A DNA stretch of 64,000 nucleotides from Emiliania huxleyi CCMP1516 (lineage: Eukaryota): positions 121,953 to 185,952 of the forward strand of contig NW_005201381.1 in assembly GCF_000372725.1 (NCBI RefSeq), read 5' to 3'. Below are positions 23,657 to 36,737 of the stretch, one piece after another (the stretch's first letter is position 1; the number at the start of each line of letters is the position of its first letter). Both the position numbers and the translations under genes were made by a program. Under the pieces are notes generated by a model. The model saw nothing but the letters and a program-made list of their open reading frames with translations, made no database searches and was not told the DNA's origin.

Positions 23657-24159
23657 ATGAGCCGCCTGCTGTTGCTGCTCGTTGCCGTGACGTACGCGCG
23701 CGCAATATCCACGCACATCCCCACCGCCGTGCGCCGCGAGACGCCCTCTTCCTCCCGCGCAGGTCGACGTCCGCGTTTGTGCCCGTCGGCGTGCGGTCCA
23801 GTGTCGCCGCGCCAGCAACAGCTGCTCCCGTCGCCTTCCGCCTGGGCTCGCCGGTCGCGGCGGCGAGGAAGGTGGCGAAGAAGCCTGTCAAGCGCGCGGC
23901 GCCGAAGAAGAAGGTGGCGAAGAAGCCTATCAAGCGCGCGGCACCCAAGAAGGTTGTGAGGAAAGCAAGCGGCGGCTCAACGAGCGGCACAAGTGGCGGC
24001 GCACTGTTCAAACAGCTTCCCGGCCAGACCGTGGGCACCCTCGACGGGTTCGGTCTCGGGCCTGCGCAGATTGGCGGCATCGCTGTGTGGCTGCTGCTGG
24101 TGCTGAAGCTGTTCGGCGTCTCCCCAGGCGGCGGCTTTGGCGCGGCCCCGATGTCCTAG
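23657..24159 (+). CDS. Small plastid-targeted protein with K/A/P-rich repeats and a C-terminal TM helix; intron 23692-23762
   Basis: Spliced N-terminus MSRLLLLLVAVTSTSAF carries a signal peptide plus ASAF-type motif; KVAKKP(V/I)KRAAPKK x2; hydrophobic IGGIAVWLLLVLKLF. Confidence 0.65.
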
Positions 24160-25499
24160 ACCCTTTGCGGCGGCAAGGTGGAGCACGCTCGCTCGCTCCT
24201 ACGTATGTTGGCGCGGCGGGGCCTTGGGACACCCATCCCCCCACGGTCGCGTCTTCGCGTGCCCTGAGCGGATCTTTATATTCGCGGCCGCTCGTCTGAC
24301 CAAAGAGAGGGTCGGTGACGTGTGTGAGATCGAGCGTTGGAGAGACACGCGCCTCTCGCGCCACCGCCCGGTTTCTGTTTTATAACACGTAGCAGCAACG
24401 GACTGTCGCACGCAGGTCTCGCTCTGAGTCTCTGGCTACCGAGACCCGCGTGGCGCGCCGCCTGTGATCGCTGTGTCGCAGCTGTGTCGTGTGTGTGTGT
24501 CAACCTGCTACTACCTGCGCTCGTTCTACGGCCCTGTGGCTGTGCGCGTCCCCCGCGGCGCGCGAGTATAGGGCAGTAGCGTAGAGAAAGTGAAACGTGA
24601 TCGTGAAAGTATGCCATAATGTTGCGTGTGCGTCTGCCTCTCTCGTCCGCCTATACTCGTCCGGGCTCCGGCGCACTTTTCCCCCTCTCCCGTAGCCGTA
24701 CTCCCCCCACATCCCAGAGTAGAGAAAGGCTCCAGCCCCCTCGCCTCGCCAACCCTCGAGACGCACGCGACACACATGGAAGGGTCCTCTTCGTGAGTTC
24801 AAATCGCGACGCCGCGGCGGCGGCGGCTCAGAGCGGCGCGCTCGGCGCGGCAGCGAGCTTCCGTCCAATCCGGCGGTTGCTGACGAAGCGGACGGCGGCG
24901 GCACGCCGCTCGCCGACGAATCGGGAGACAAAGTGGGGCGGCTGTCGGGGGGGGGGGGGGGGGGTCGAGGCGAGGCGAGGGTAAGCGCTGCTTCAGGACA
25001 GGTGAGGGTCAGGACAGGTGAGGGTCGAGGCGAGGGGCAGACCCGTCACAAACTGGAGCAGCCCGTCGTTTTGCTGCTGGTTGCGCCACTCCTTGACAGA
25101 CTCCTTGGCCTGGGCGGGGAGGGCGGCGGCGGGGAGGGCGGAGGGTGGAGGAGGGCGGCGGCGGCGAGGGCAGGGGAGGAGGGCGGCGGCGGTGAGGGCG
25201 GAGGGGGTGAGGGCGGCGGTGGGCTGGGTGGCGGCGGCGAGGGCGGCGAGGGCGACAGAGGAGGTTGACAGCGCGCCGAATGACAGGGTGCTCCGACTGT
25301 CTGGCCCCGTGGTGTGGCGAGGGCTCTCTGTCTGTGCGTCCGCCTCTTGCTCCGCAGCCGCCGCCGGTGTGGCTGCGTGGGGAGGCGGAGGGCTCTCTCT
25401 GCCTGCCTGTGTCTGCCCGTGTGTACGCGTGAGGCGTCACGAGCTTCCCTTGGGAGGGTGGGAGACTCGCCGCCTCGGAGGGGGCAAGCAACTCGTGGC

Positions 25500-26821
25500 A
25501 ACTCGTGTGGCATCTGGGGCTCCTCTGCCACCCACGTCGTGGCCTTGGAGAGCGCCTCCTTCGTCAGCACCTGCGAGGGGAAGAGGGGCCGTGGCAGCGA
25601 GAGAGAAGAGGGGCGGTGCCACTAAGAGCCGGGGAGACAAGGGGGCGGGCAGAGGGGGGCAGAGCCCGCACATTGTACACGGGAGACGGCACCCAGCCGC
25701 GCAGCTTGCACTCGCACGAGTAGTACACCCGCGAGCTCGCCTGATGCATTGATTCCACCATCACAACGATGTGAGAAGCACAGGAGTCGGTGGAGACGCT
25801 AGCTGGCCAACTAGGCTGGCCTAGTTCATCAGCTCCTTGCAACCTCACGGGGCCTCCTCCTTGCACTCGCACGCGTAGCAGAGACGCGAGCTCGCCCGCC
25901 CCGCCCCCGGCTCGACGTACCTGCACCGCGAGACACAGCCGAGGTACAGCCGAGCCATAGCCAAGCCATAGCCGAGCCATAGCCGAGATGAGCACTGCTG
26001 GGCGCGAGCTGGCCGTTGCCACGCGCCGCGACACTACGCCCGCCCTCTCGGCTGTGCCTCGGCAGCGTCTCGCGCGTCGGTATCCGACAGAGACCCTCGG
26101 CGATCTCGCGGCTGCACATCTCGGCTGCGTCTCGGCTGCATCTCGGCTGCGTCGCGCGCCAGTATCCGACGGAGTCGTCGATGTCGGAGCGGCGAGAGTA
26201 GTCGAGGTGGAAGGTCATGCACCGCTTCTCCGGGTCGTACTCGTGCTCCATGAAGTACCTCATCTTCATGTGCAGCACCGCGATGTCGTACGTCGTCTTG
26301 ATCCTCTGCAGCCCTCCCTCCTGCAGCGAGCACGACGCGGCTCTCGCAAGGGCGAGGAGGAGGCGGAGGAGGGGGGGGAGCGGGAGCGGCGGGGTTCGGC
26401 CGGCCGCGCGCGCGTGCGACGCGCCTGCTCGCGGTTGTACTCCACATTCCGCGTCACCCCGTCCACCATCTTGTCGTAGTGCGCCAAGTCCATGATGCGG
26501 CTGCGCGCAGCAGGGCGGGCGAGGGCGCTCAGGCGAGCGCTCGCGCGGGCGGTGCGCGAGGCCGGCGGTGGCCCGGGCGCATGCGCACTCCATCACGACG
26601 TTCGGCGGCGCAGCGATATCCTGCACCATGAGCAGCCGCCGCGCGCCAACAATTCCCGTCTCCATCGCCTGCATCACCGGCTTCCCCGAGCTGAGCCGCT
26701 CCTCGTCGGAGCGCGAGAGCAGCACCGAGGGCGGGCCAATCTCGTAGCGCGTGAGCTTCCCGTTGTGATAGTGCGGCTCGTTCTCCGCCGCCGCGGCGAC
26801 GGCTAAAGAGAGGGTGAGCAT
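25500..26821 (-). CDS. Secreted or organellar START/SRPBCC-like protein, multi-exon; 3' end uncertain
   Basis: Spliced MLTLSLAVAAAAENEPHYHNGKL...LMVQDIAAPPNVVM..IMDLAHYDKMV...MTFHLDYSRRSDIDDSVGYWYVEP...SRVYYSCECKLRGWVPSPVYNVLTKEALSKATTWV. Confidence 0.7.
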
Positions 26822-28009
26822 TGGAAGCCAATCGCAGCTCGTCAACGAGAAGAATTTTAAATAGCTCCGCCGGTATTTATACCTGTAGGGAGGCGTGTGC
26901 CGAATACAAAGTGGAGTCCCGCCCGCCCCGCAATAAGCGCAGATGTCCTCTTCAGCCTGCTGAGAGCTTCCTGGCCCGCGCGCGCGCTCCGCCTGGCGCG
27001 CGGAGCGACTCGGTGGACGTCCGAGCCCGCCGCCCCTCGCCACTGCACCCTGCTGGCCCATGCAGCGCGACACCGCCGGCGCTGCGCCTGCTTCCTTGCG
27101 CGCCGCTGGACGTCGGCCAAAAAGACCGCTGCCCTCTGGGGACCCGACTCCGCGAAGATCGCGCGCGCGTCGTGAATGCGGCGCGCGCGCGATCTCCGTT
27201 CCCGGGCACGCCGGTCGCAGTGACATGGGATCCCAGGCTCAAAACAGCACGCTCAACAGCGAGAGCGCCGCCGCTGCTCCTCCTCCCGCCGCCGGTCCGC
27301 TCACCGAGACAAACTCGGTGCCGCCGTTCTCGCCGCCGCCGCCGCCGCCGCCGCCTCGACCCTCGCCTCCGTCACCGCCGCCTTCCATCTGGGGGGGGGG
27401 TCCTTCTGATGGCGGGGGCGCCTCGTTGGCGGGCGGGCTTGGCCGCTGCCCCCCTTTGGCCGCGGTTCCTTGGTGGCCGCCGCCTCCCCTGTAAATCCCG
27501 CGGTCGGCACCACGGTTGCCACCGCCTGGGGCTTGGCGGCGGCGGCCACGGCCTTCCCCTTGGCCGTTGAGGGGTGCTTGGCCCTTGGGGAGCCTTTCCG
27601 CACGGTCCGGGCCGGGGTGCGCACAGCCTGTGCACACTTTCGCTTTTTTTGTACTCGGATTGCGCCGCGGGCGCCCCCACGCATGCAGTTGGGTGCTGGG
27701 GTCAGCGGCGTGAGCCGAGAGGTGGCCCACCGCTGACAGCCCTCAGCGCGCGCGGGGGGGGGGGGGGGGGGGCACCCCTGGTCCCCTCGCCGCCCAGACA
27801 CACGCGCGGGACGCGCCCCGGCAGCAGCTCCTGCCTCCTCTCCGCTCTCGCGCCACCCCGCGCGCGGGGGCGTGACGTCTGTAGCGAGGCGACGGTGGGA
27901 CGGTGTCCGACCCGTTCTGGGGTTTTCATATAATGCGGCTCTACTCGTATCGACCAATAAAATACCGGGGGAGGCCTGCGCAGCCTCTAACTATTCATCG
28001 TAAACACAG

Positions 28010-28520
28010 AGCGCCAGCATCATCCGTGGAGGCACAAGTGTTCGAGGAGAGAGTGGACCTGAGCAACGATATGACTTGGCGGCAAATGATCGCAGTGGGC
28101 GTCAGAAGAGTCGTCCTTGCGCGAGGAGAGCTCGATAGACTCGAGGGACGAGGGTATGTATGCCGCGAGGAGGGCAGAGCTGCGACGAAAGGCGAGAGAA
28201 GCCGCGAGAGCAAGGGAGCGGCAGGCGGCGGCGGCGTCGCAGAACGAGGCAGAGGAGAGCGACGCGACAGAGGAAGAAGCGACAACGGAGAGAACGTGAA
28301 CGACGAGAGTGGGACGACCGCGAGGTGGCATGAAGGTTGCAGCGAGAATCGGCGAGAGACTGCGAAGAGAGATAGGAAGAGGCGGACGCCCAAGGGTGGG
28401 CGACGGCTAGCGCATCACACCCCTCTCCTTAAAATCCCTCTGTGTGGTGGCGGCGTGGGCCGCGTCCTCCCATCCCTCTTGGGTGGGTTGTCTGTTTTCT
28501 TTCGTTTATCGAAAAAAAAA
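28010..28520 (+). mobile_element. LINE family A 3' fragment
   Basis: Same VFEERVDLSNDMTWRQM segment and ctccttaaaatccct...cccatccct...tgttttcttt 3' end. Confidence 0.85.
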
Positions 28521-29694
28521 CGAGAAAAAAGCCAAGAGAGGGGTGGAAGGGCGGGAAAAGCCGGCGTAAGCCGCGGAAAAAGCCACAAAAAGCCAGCGAG
28601 CCTCCCGTTACGCGATTGCTCGCGAAGCGCAGCATGATCGGCGTGCAGCTTGGGAGGCTGCCGCCGCTGTCAGAGGCGGCCGCCACTGTGAGGTCTCGAG
28701 GGCCGACCGGCCGGGCGAGCATCCGCGCTGCCGACGACGTGCTCGAGACTGGCCGTCTGAACGAGATTCTCGCATGTTTTGAGGAGGCGCTCGGCGATCA
28801 GCTGCCCGAGATGGGCACGGATGCTGCAGCAGGGCGAGAGGCGAACGCCGAGGGTGCGGAGGCCGCACGGCGACTGGAGGCTGCAGCGGAGCAGCAGCGG
28901 GGAAGGATCTTTCCCTGCTTGCACCAAAGACGCCGTACTCCTAGGCCCAAACTCCAAAGTTAAATAAAGGGTGTGGATGCTGGGTTGAACAAAACGAGGG
29001 ACGCGACCCACTTCGCCACTTCGCCACAGACGGTCCCGCGCCTCGCCGCTATGACGGCCGCACGACCGCAGCTCGTGTGCGTGCGGCCGTCTTTGTCCGG
29101 AGTGAATACTCCAACGCGCTCGTCGGTGGCGGCTTCCCTCAACCTGCGCCGCGCTCGGCGAACCTCGACAGCGCTTTCGGTGGCATGCAGCTCTTTGCGA
29201 CAGAAGCCTGGAGAGCAGCTCCTCTGCTGCTCACACACTCTGCACAGCTGACACAGCCTACTGTGCGGCTGCCACAGCTGTGACAGCGATGGGCTCGCCC
29301 TCACTGGCCCTCAGTCACTTGTGCTGCGGCTTGTGTGAGCGACACTGCTCGGCGACTGCCGGCACACTGTGAGATCATGGGTGTGAGGTAAAACTACGCT
29401 ACCAGCGCTTGGTCACATCGGCCCCGAGGTCAGATCCTTCTACTCTGTTGATGACAAGACTTGTCTACCGGCTGGAGCCGAGCAAAAGGGCTTGGCGCAC
29501 AACCCCTGTTCAACTCACCCTCCACACCCGTAAGCCGTATCGCTCTTTTGTGTTTTGACAGCTCTATACCTGAGAGTCGTCCCAACGCAAAAGCCGATCG
29601 TCCAAGAGGGCACCATGGTCCCCATGCACTCATGCACACACCCGAAAGTTATGTAGTTATCGGACTATCAGAGTACGGCACAAGCAGGCTGCTG

Positions 29695-30508
29695 CTACAA
29701 GAAAGGATTGTGTATCGTGGCAGCGCGGTCGGCCAGCAGTCCCGCCGCGGCAGCAATGTCGTTCCCCGAGCGGTTGAGCGCCTCGCGCGCGTCGGCGAGC
29801 GCAAACCCCATCTCGACGAGGGACTCGGCCGCCGCGCACGGTGGTGATTCCTGCGACCGCGCGTATTGCGGCAGCCATAGACCCTGCGGCGGCGGCAGCG
29901 GCGGCGGCTGCGGTCGCGGCGGCGGCGGCTGCGGCGGCGGCCGCCAAAACACCTGGACGTGGTGGAGCCTCGCGTCCACGACCGACTTTTTTGGGTTCTC
30001 GTACCACACAAAGTCACCGCCGCCGCCGCTCCTGCCGCCGCCATGCTCCGCGTCGAGCGCGTCGGCGATCGCCGCCGTGATGGCATCCGCGGAGGTCGCA
30101 GCGCGCGGGGAGGACGACCAGAGCACAAGGTGCTGCGTGCCCACCGGGAGGAGGTACGGGAAGGGCTGCGGCCTCAGCGCAAAGCGTCCGGGCGGCGGCG
30201 CTTCGACGACGCACCGCCTGCCGTCGGCGCGCCTCTGCGTGGGAGACGAGAACACCTGGTGCATCACCTGGGCGGCGGGGGCGGCGGCGCGTCAGACGAG
30301 GGCGAGGGCGGGGCTTTGGCGTTGCGCGCGCGGCCGTCCTCACCCAGTCTCCTGGCGAGGCCCACATCGTGTCGAGGTTGGAGAAGAGCAACTCCTTTTG
30401 CGCCCGCGACGCCGCGTCGGGCCGGATGTGCTCGGCACCTGGAGTCCAGCCCGTCTGGTCGTGCAGCTGCTGCAGCGCCGTCTCGTCGGGCGAGACTTGG
30501 CAACGCAT
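29695..30508 (-). CDS. DUF3605-like protein with C-terminal UBA domain; intron ~30268-30342
   Basis: LRPQPFPYLLPVGTQHLVLWS, DFVWYENPKKSV...LHHVQVFW; ESLVEMGFALADAREALNRSGNDIAAAAGLL. Confidence 0.8.
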
Positions 30509-31719
30509 CGACTGGCGATTGGTCAGATTCTCGCCGGCGAGCCCCAAGCGAGCAAGGCGAACTGCCGGTTGCGCGCCACGCGCTCTGCGCCCGGCGATTG
30601 TACGCACTCTCACGTGAAGCTAACGCCAAGCTGCCGGGGTTCGGACTTGCTTGGGGGTATGGTAGGGCTGACTCAGGACCATACCCCCCCACCCCTCTGG
30701 GCCGTGACCTTAAAGGCTATATCCATGTTTCCTCGCGCACCCCGTCTCGTGTGTTTCTCCACAGTCCACACACACCAAACAACTCCCACACCATGGTATT
30801 GCTAAAAATCTCTCTCTCACACACCACCCTCTCGTTTCCTCTCTAGTTTCCCGAGGAAACTCGTGGAAATCAGCTGGTTTGGGACCAAAATCAGCCAGAA
30901 TGGAGCACCAAACACCCTCTAGTTTCCCTGGAAATTTCCGGAAACGCAAAGATGACCAAAGTGCGCTGGGGATTCTAAATGCGAAATGGTACCATACCAA
31001 CCCCGGAAAAAAATGGAGCTCGCCTAGGGTTGCGCAGCGACAGGAGCAAGGGCGTTCGCGCTGCGCTAGGTTCAGACGGCGAGTTCGCGCTGCGCTAAGG
31101 CTCAGAAAACGGCGTGGTGAGTTCGCGCGTTGTGCCTGTGGCTGTGCGGGCCTGCGCTACCGCTAGGCTCTTGCGGAGATTTGGGCTGCGTTGGCTCGCC
31201 AGAGTCTTCTTCTCGATGGCGCTGACTGGCAGTGTGTGATGACCTGTGTGTGTGTGTGTTTTAAGCAAACGTGCAGGAATTCTGTCACAGTGTCTCGATT
31301 GGGCGCGGAGGCGGAGGCGCTTTGCCGTGAGAGTCACACACGACACACACGACACAACAGAGACATAGAGACACAGACGCAGACGCAGACGCAGACACAG
31401 ACATAGACACACACTGCGCTCCCCTAGCTCCCGCGCGGGCAGGGAGACGCGAGCCTGACGGAGTCCGGTGGTGGGGGCCCACGCAGCCAGCCAGCCCCTG
31501 CCTGCGCGGTATACAAAATGCGCCTGGAGCGGACCAGGGTTCCGGCTCCACCCGGATAGGGGGTCTGTCCCCACTGGCTGGCCCCTGCCAGATAGGTAGG
31601 TAGGTTGGTCTGGTTTGGCCCAAAAGGGCCCTGCAATAGGTAGGTACCGCCTATTTTCATCTTTTTCGTTCACTTCGCTGCGCGGCCTGGGGTAGGTAGG
31701 TAGTAGGGCGGTTTGTTTG

Positions 31720-31912
31720 GAGCGGCCGCACACTGCTCGGTACCCCCCCTCACATCTAAAGTCATCGCTGCTGCTAGGGGGGGGGGTCTGACCCCCCCAG
31801 CAGCAGAGCGTGCTGCTGGGGGGGGGGTCCCGACCCCCCCAGCAGCAGAGCGCTGCTGCTTGGGGGGGGGGTCCCGACCCCCCCAGCAGCAGAGCGCACT
31901 GGACCCAGCGCT
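31720..31912. repeat. Array of G-run/C-run hairpin repeats; inverted partial copy at 34531-34612
   Basis: gctgct-gggggggg-tcc/tga-ccccccc-agcagcagagcg x3; gagcggccgcacactgctcggtaccccccc is reverse-complemented at ~34583-34612. Confidence 0.7.
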
Positions 31913-33511
31913 CCCGCCTCTTCGCCGCCGCCCCCCCCTCCCCCCTCGGCTCGTATTTGAGCGGTACGCTCGAGGCGGTTGTGTTCACCGCGCCTTCGAG
32001 CCCAATATTACACCTTCGTCGTGTCTCGAGACTCGAGTGCTGGCGTTTTACTAAAGACTTGTGACCATGTGAGTCTATCTTGTACTTGAGCACTTGAGCA
32101 CTGGATAGGGTCGATTCCGCGTGGCATATTACTCGAGGTTGCTCGCTTCTTGTCCTTCACTTGTACATGTAGCTCAAAAAAATGGCACTTTTCGGTGCTG
32201 GTAGTCCCCCCAAAACAGGCGCGCGCAGCGCGCCCAGGGGCGCCGCAGGCGCCCCAAGCGGCGCGGAGCGTCGCCGCAGGCGGCGGACAGCAGGGGCCCG
32301 AAATTAAACGCCATTTTTGGTTCCGCGGTTTTGCCACTAACATTGAAATCCGGTACAAAACGACTTACCCGAAACAGCTGACAGACAGACAGAGAGCACA
32401 CACGTTCGAGACGGGGGTGCGCCGACCGCCGTCGCGGACCCAGTAGAGCTAGATGGTCCCACAGGACGCGCCCTTAGCCTCTGAGCTCGTCCTAGACGTT
32501 TTAGGGGAAGCGTGGGCAGACCAGAACGCGGCCACGGCGACGCTCCGAGGCTGTCAGCAGCGCTGGCGGCGATCGTGGCGACGGCGCCTCGCCGCGGCAG
32601 CGGCACAGAATCGAGGAGGTGGCGTTGGTGGCAGCATCAATGAGATATGAAGGCGGCCGTAATGCTGGTGGCGCCTTCGAGGGCGGCGGAGAGGGCGGTA
32701 GCAGCGACGGCGATCGAGTCATGTGGCAGGGGTGCGAAGATGCAGCAGGGAGGCTTGAGTTAGCGACGCGGGGCGGTGGCGTGCCAGCAGGTAAGCGGCG
32801 GCGGCGGAGAGCATGTGCGCGAACTAAAGGCCAATCTTGAGATATCCATTTTGCACCACCTTTGGATTTCTGGTACAAATTGACTTGTGGATCTTGAAGG
32901 CACGCGCAAGAGCGCACCAGGCAAGTTGAATGAACCTCGGCTCAAAATGCGGATCTCGCTGCCGCTAAGCGTGGCATCGATGATCAAACGAGCGGTGACA
33001 GATAGGTGGCAACGGCGGCAGCGTCGACCGGAGCACCTACTGCGGTGTGAAATGTGAGCTGGGAGGCGGGAGGCAGATGCAATAGGAGCGGGAGAGTGAG
33101 ATCGTCAGCCAGCACGGCAGACCTTTACGGCGCGGCTGCGGGCGCGTTTGCAGTGACATGCGATCCATGTGGTAGCAAAGGCACGGCGGGAGTAGCGTAT
33201 GCAGGCTGTGAGCGAGGGTGGGTGGCGCGTCGCGAGTGGCGGTGCAGCTAGTCGGTGGCGCGGGTGCTGGCGACCGGCAGAGAGATGCAGCCGGCGCGAG
33301 AGATGAACCCTGCGGAGAGGCGAGGTGACGGGCGAACCGCGACGGTGGGAGAGGGCTGAGCATCGGCTTCACCGGAGGCACAGGAGCCTCGCACGCCCGA
33401 CCGTGACGAGAGCGAACCGACGCTGCAGGTCAAGCAGCGTCGGTTCGCCACCAACAGCGAATGGGTACCCTCCCCAAAAAAATCGTCTGCTCGACAACGA
33501 CTTCGTCATCC

Positions 33512-34006
33512 ATGGAGGTCAAGGAGCTGCCTCCAGTCGTGCTGGCCACGCCCGTGCCCACCGCTGCAGCCGTGCCGTGCGACGACAATCCCGATCTCAT
33601 GGCGATCATCGACGAACCAGGTGTGTGGCAGGGCAGTATCAAGATACCTTGTTTCCCGGTTTCCTTCCACATTCAACAAACGCATGCGAGAGGTTCGCTG
33701 ATGGAAAGCGGAACGACCAAGCCGATGTTATGCGGGTGCGCCCTTGTGGACGGCACAATTTTCGACACACTGCAAATCTCACCGGACTTCAGCTCGATGA
33801 CACGGCAATACAGCAACGGAGATGCACACCAGTTCACGCTGACTAGCTTCGACATCGGCGCCAAGACCGCTTCGTACCAAGTCACCGGATTCATGCATGG
33901 CAAACCGACGGCAGGCACGATGCTCGTCGACGGTCGCGCACACACCCGCACCGTGACGCTGACTGCGCCGCAGAGTTTCACGTACACGCTGGAGAAGGTG
34001 GCGTGA
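33512..34006 (+). CDS. Hypothetical protein (~164 aa), intronless, predicted beta-rich
   Basis: ORF with ordinary globular composition (MEVKELPPVV...GVWQGSIK...FTYTLEKVA), unlike the R/P/A-rich shadow ORFs; no family recognised. Confidence 0.5.
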   Translation: MEVKELPPVVLATPVPTAAAVPCDDNPDLMAIIDEPGVWQGSIKIPCFPVSFHIQQTHARGSLMESGTTKPMLCGCALVDGTIFDTLQISPDFSSMTRQYSNGDAHQFTLTSFDIGAKTASYQVTGFMHGKPTAGTMLVDGRAHTRTVTLTAPQSFTYTLEKVA

Positions 34007-35927
34007 GGATAGTTTCGGCCGAGGAGCCGGCCCACATGAATCGCGATCCGCTGAGAGTATCCCACACTGAACTGGACCCCTCGATTGTCTCGCCCTCCCT
34101 CGCTGGTGTGCTCATTGGGGGGGGTCATAACAATCTTGTACTACCGCCACACTAAATCTAAAAGCCGTATATAGTGAGCCACTCACTCGGGCGTCTCGGC
34201 TCCTGACGTTGATCGATCTCCCTAGCCTATCGATCCCCCGCTCGATCCTCGGATCGCTCGCTCGTCGAAATCGATCGACTGAAGTCATCAAGGTGGCCCA
34301 GCCTTTTCTTTTTTCGAAAACGCGCACGCGCGCGCGCACGCCCGTCGCCCGGCAAAACTGTCAGGTCCGCCGCGACGCGTCGCCGCAATGGCGGGCGGCG
34401 ACGTGGTGGAAGCCATGCAGCTCGCCCTCAAGCCATTTCATATGCAGCACCTTGCCGACGACTGGGCGGCGCAAGCCGGCGAAAAAAAGCTCAGCTGTCT
34501 GTAAGGCCGTTCAGAGCTGCCACTTGCCAGCACCCCCCAGCACCAGAGCTCTGCTGGGGGGGGGGGTCGGCCATGATGAGAAGGGGGGGTACCGAGCAGT
34601 GTGCGGCCGCTCTTGGCGCGCGTCAGACCCCCTACAGTGGGTTGCAGGCATTAAGAAAACGTACCATTAAGAAACCACGCCGAGCGATTGCCGCAAAAAT
34701 CTAAGAAACCCCGGCGCGCCGCAGCGCGCAGGCGCGGCCCCGAGAAAAGGGCCAGACACTCAGGCCAGACACGAGTGTGAACGCTGAACGGGAGCCCCAG
34801 CTCAAAATTTCTCTTCGCCTGCGTCATCCAGAGAGCCGACTCGACGGCAGACTCTGGCATCGCCCTCCGGACCGCAGCTTACCTCTTTCTTGAGCAACTT
34901 GAGCACTGGATAGGGTCGATTCCGGATGGTACGGGACCCCTCGATCGTCTCGCCCTCCCTCACTGGAGTGTTCAGGGGGGGGGGGGGTGTCATAACAAAC
35001 ACGGTACAGGATCGAGGTGCACGCTGCCGAAGCAGTGTCGTCCCCCCTCTCCTCGACGGTGGTGGCGGTGTGACCGATCGAGCTACAAAGACGGTTACTG
35101 GACCGACACCAGTTCGACGTCGTCGAACAACGTTCGACCATGGCACTGTTCACAGCGCGCGCGGACGGCGGTTCTGCGAGTCCCGCTCAGCAGGACTTTT
35201 GTAAAGCATGCTTGTGGCAAGTTATAGACGCTAGTATCGACCTCAGAGACCCAAACACGAATGAATATTTAAGGCTCAAAGTATGGTCATACAAACAGGT
35301 CAAACAATGAGGCGACCGCTAGACGGCGGTCTCCGCCGGCCCCAAGGCTGCCCAGCCCCAGTACCACACCGGCCACGTACACCGTGGCGCTGGAGCCGGT
35401 CAGTGAGGCACTAGACGGGCTACGGAACCATGCGCGCGCCGGCCGGACAGGCTGCGCGCAGGGGCTGCGCCGCCTCGATTTCGCACCTCCGCTCCGCGGC
35501 CGACTGAGGGGCCAGCTCGCCCGGCACAAGCCCAGCCATCGCCCAGCGCCCCGTATCGACGGGGGGCACGCAAAAAAACCGCACCTACGACTCAGGGGAG
35601 TCCGTGAGGGCGTCGGTGTCGGCCGCGGGCGGGCTGCGAGGAGGGCGCGGGGGGAGCATGGGAGATGCACCACCGCTCGACGAAGACGCGCCAGACGAAG
35701 CCCTGCTTGCGGAGGATGGTCGATCCTCACCTACTAGTGTCGGGCGTGTGCGAAAAAGAGCGCAAATCGGAGCTCAACTCGCGCGCGGCTGGGATAGGGG
35801 TGCCACACCCCTCCGAAGGCGCCTCGGGCAAAATGTGGGGAAAATGGTCATGTTGAAAAATGGCCATGTTTTCCGACCCTTCACGGCGACTTTAGTCACA
35901 GGGCGGGACAGCTCAGGAAAACAACAG

Positions 35928-36691
35928 CTAAAGAGAAAGTTGTAGCCGCGAGAGAGCAGAGAGCGGGCGGCGGAGAGCGGAGCGAAGCGGACGGCGAACT
36001 GCAACTCCATCTCCAACTGGGATGAGACGCGTACACTCGCGCTGCTCCTCAGGCGGAATCGGACGCTGGCATACCGGGCAGCAAGGGGAGGCCTGCTGGC
36101 AGTGGCGCGCGATGCACTGGCCGCAAAATGTGTGCGCGCAGCCGAGCGCCTGCGCGCTGCTGAGACCATCGAGGCAGATGGGACAAGTGTGAATGGACCT
36201 CCCCTCCCACTCGCCATCCGTCGGGGCCGCATCCTGACTGGCCTCGACGACGATATCGCTATGGTCTGCCTCCCCCCACCCCTCGAGGATGCGCGCGCAG
36301 TCGGCGTGGCCGTTCGCCTCAGCAAAATGTCGCGCAGTGTTGCCATTGGTGTCGATCGCATTCAGATCTGCTCCTGCCCGCAGCAGCCGGAGCAGAATGG
36401 GATGTTTGTACCAGTAGGCGGCGTTCATTAGCGCGGTGCGGCCGCTGCTGGCCTGCTGGTTGACATCCGCGCCATGCTGCAGCAGCAGGTCAACCAGCCG
36501 CGCGCGTCTGAGGCGGGCGGCGAGCATCAGCAAAGAGATGTCGCTAACATCACCATCCTCGTACGTCGCGCTCGCCCGCCCGCCGCGCTCGAGCCACACC
36601 CGCACCGTCGCTTCGTGGCCTCGCGCAACCGCTTTGCGAACATGGACAGGAATCACGCTACTGCTCGGCGTGGCACCACACGTGCTCTCAA

Positions 36692-36737
<46 letters not shown>

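Noticed and set aside
25100..25265. SPPP extensin-like coding repeats (also ~27240-27400)
   Set aside because: Low-complexity fragments with no supportable start, splice structure or domain.
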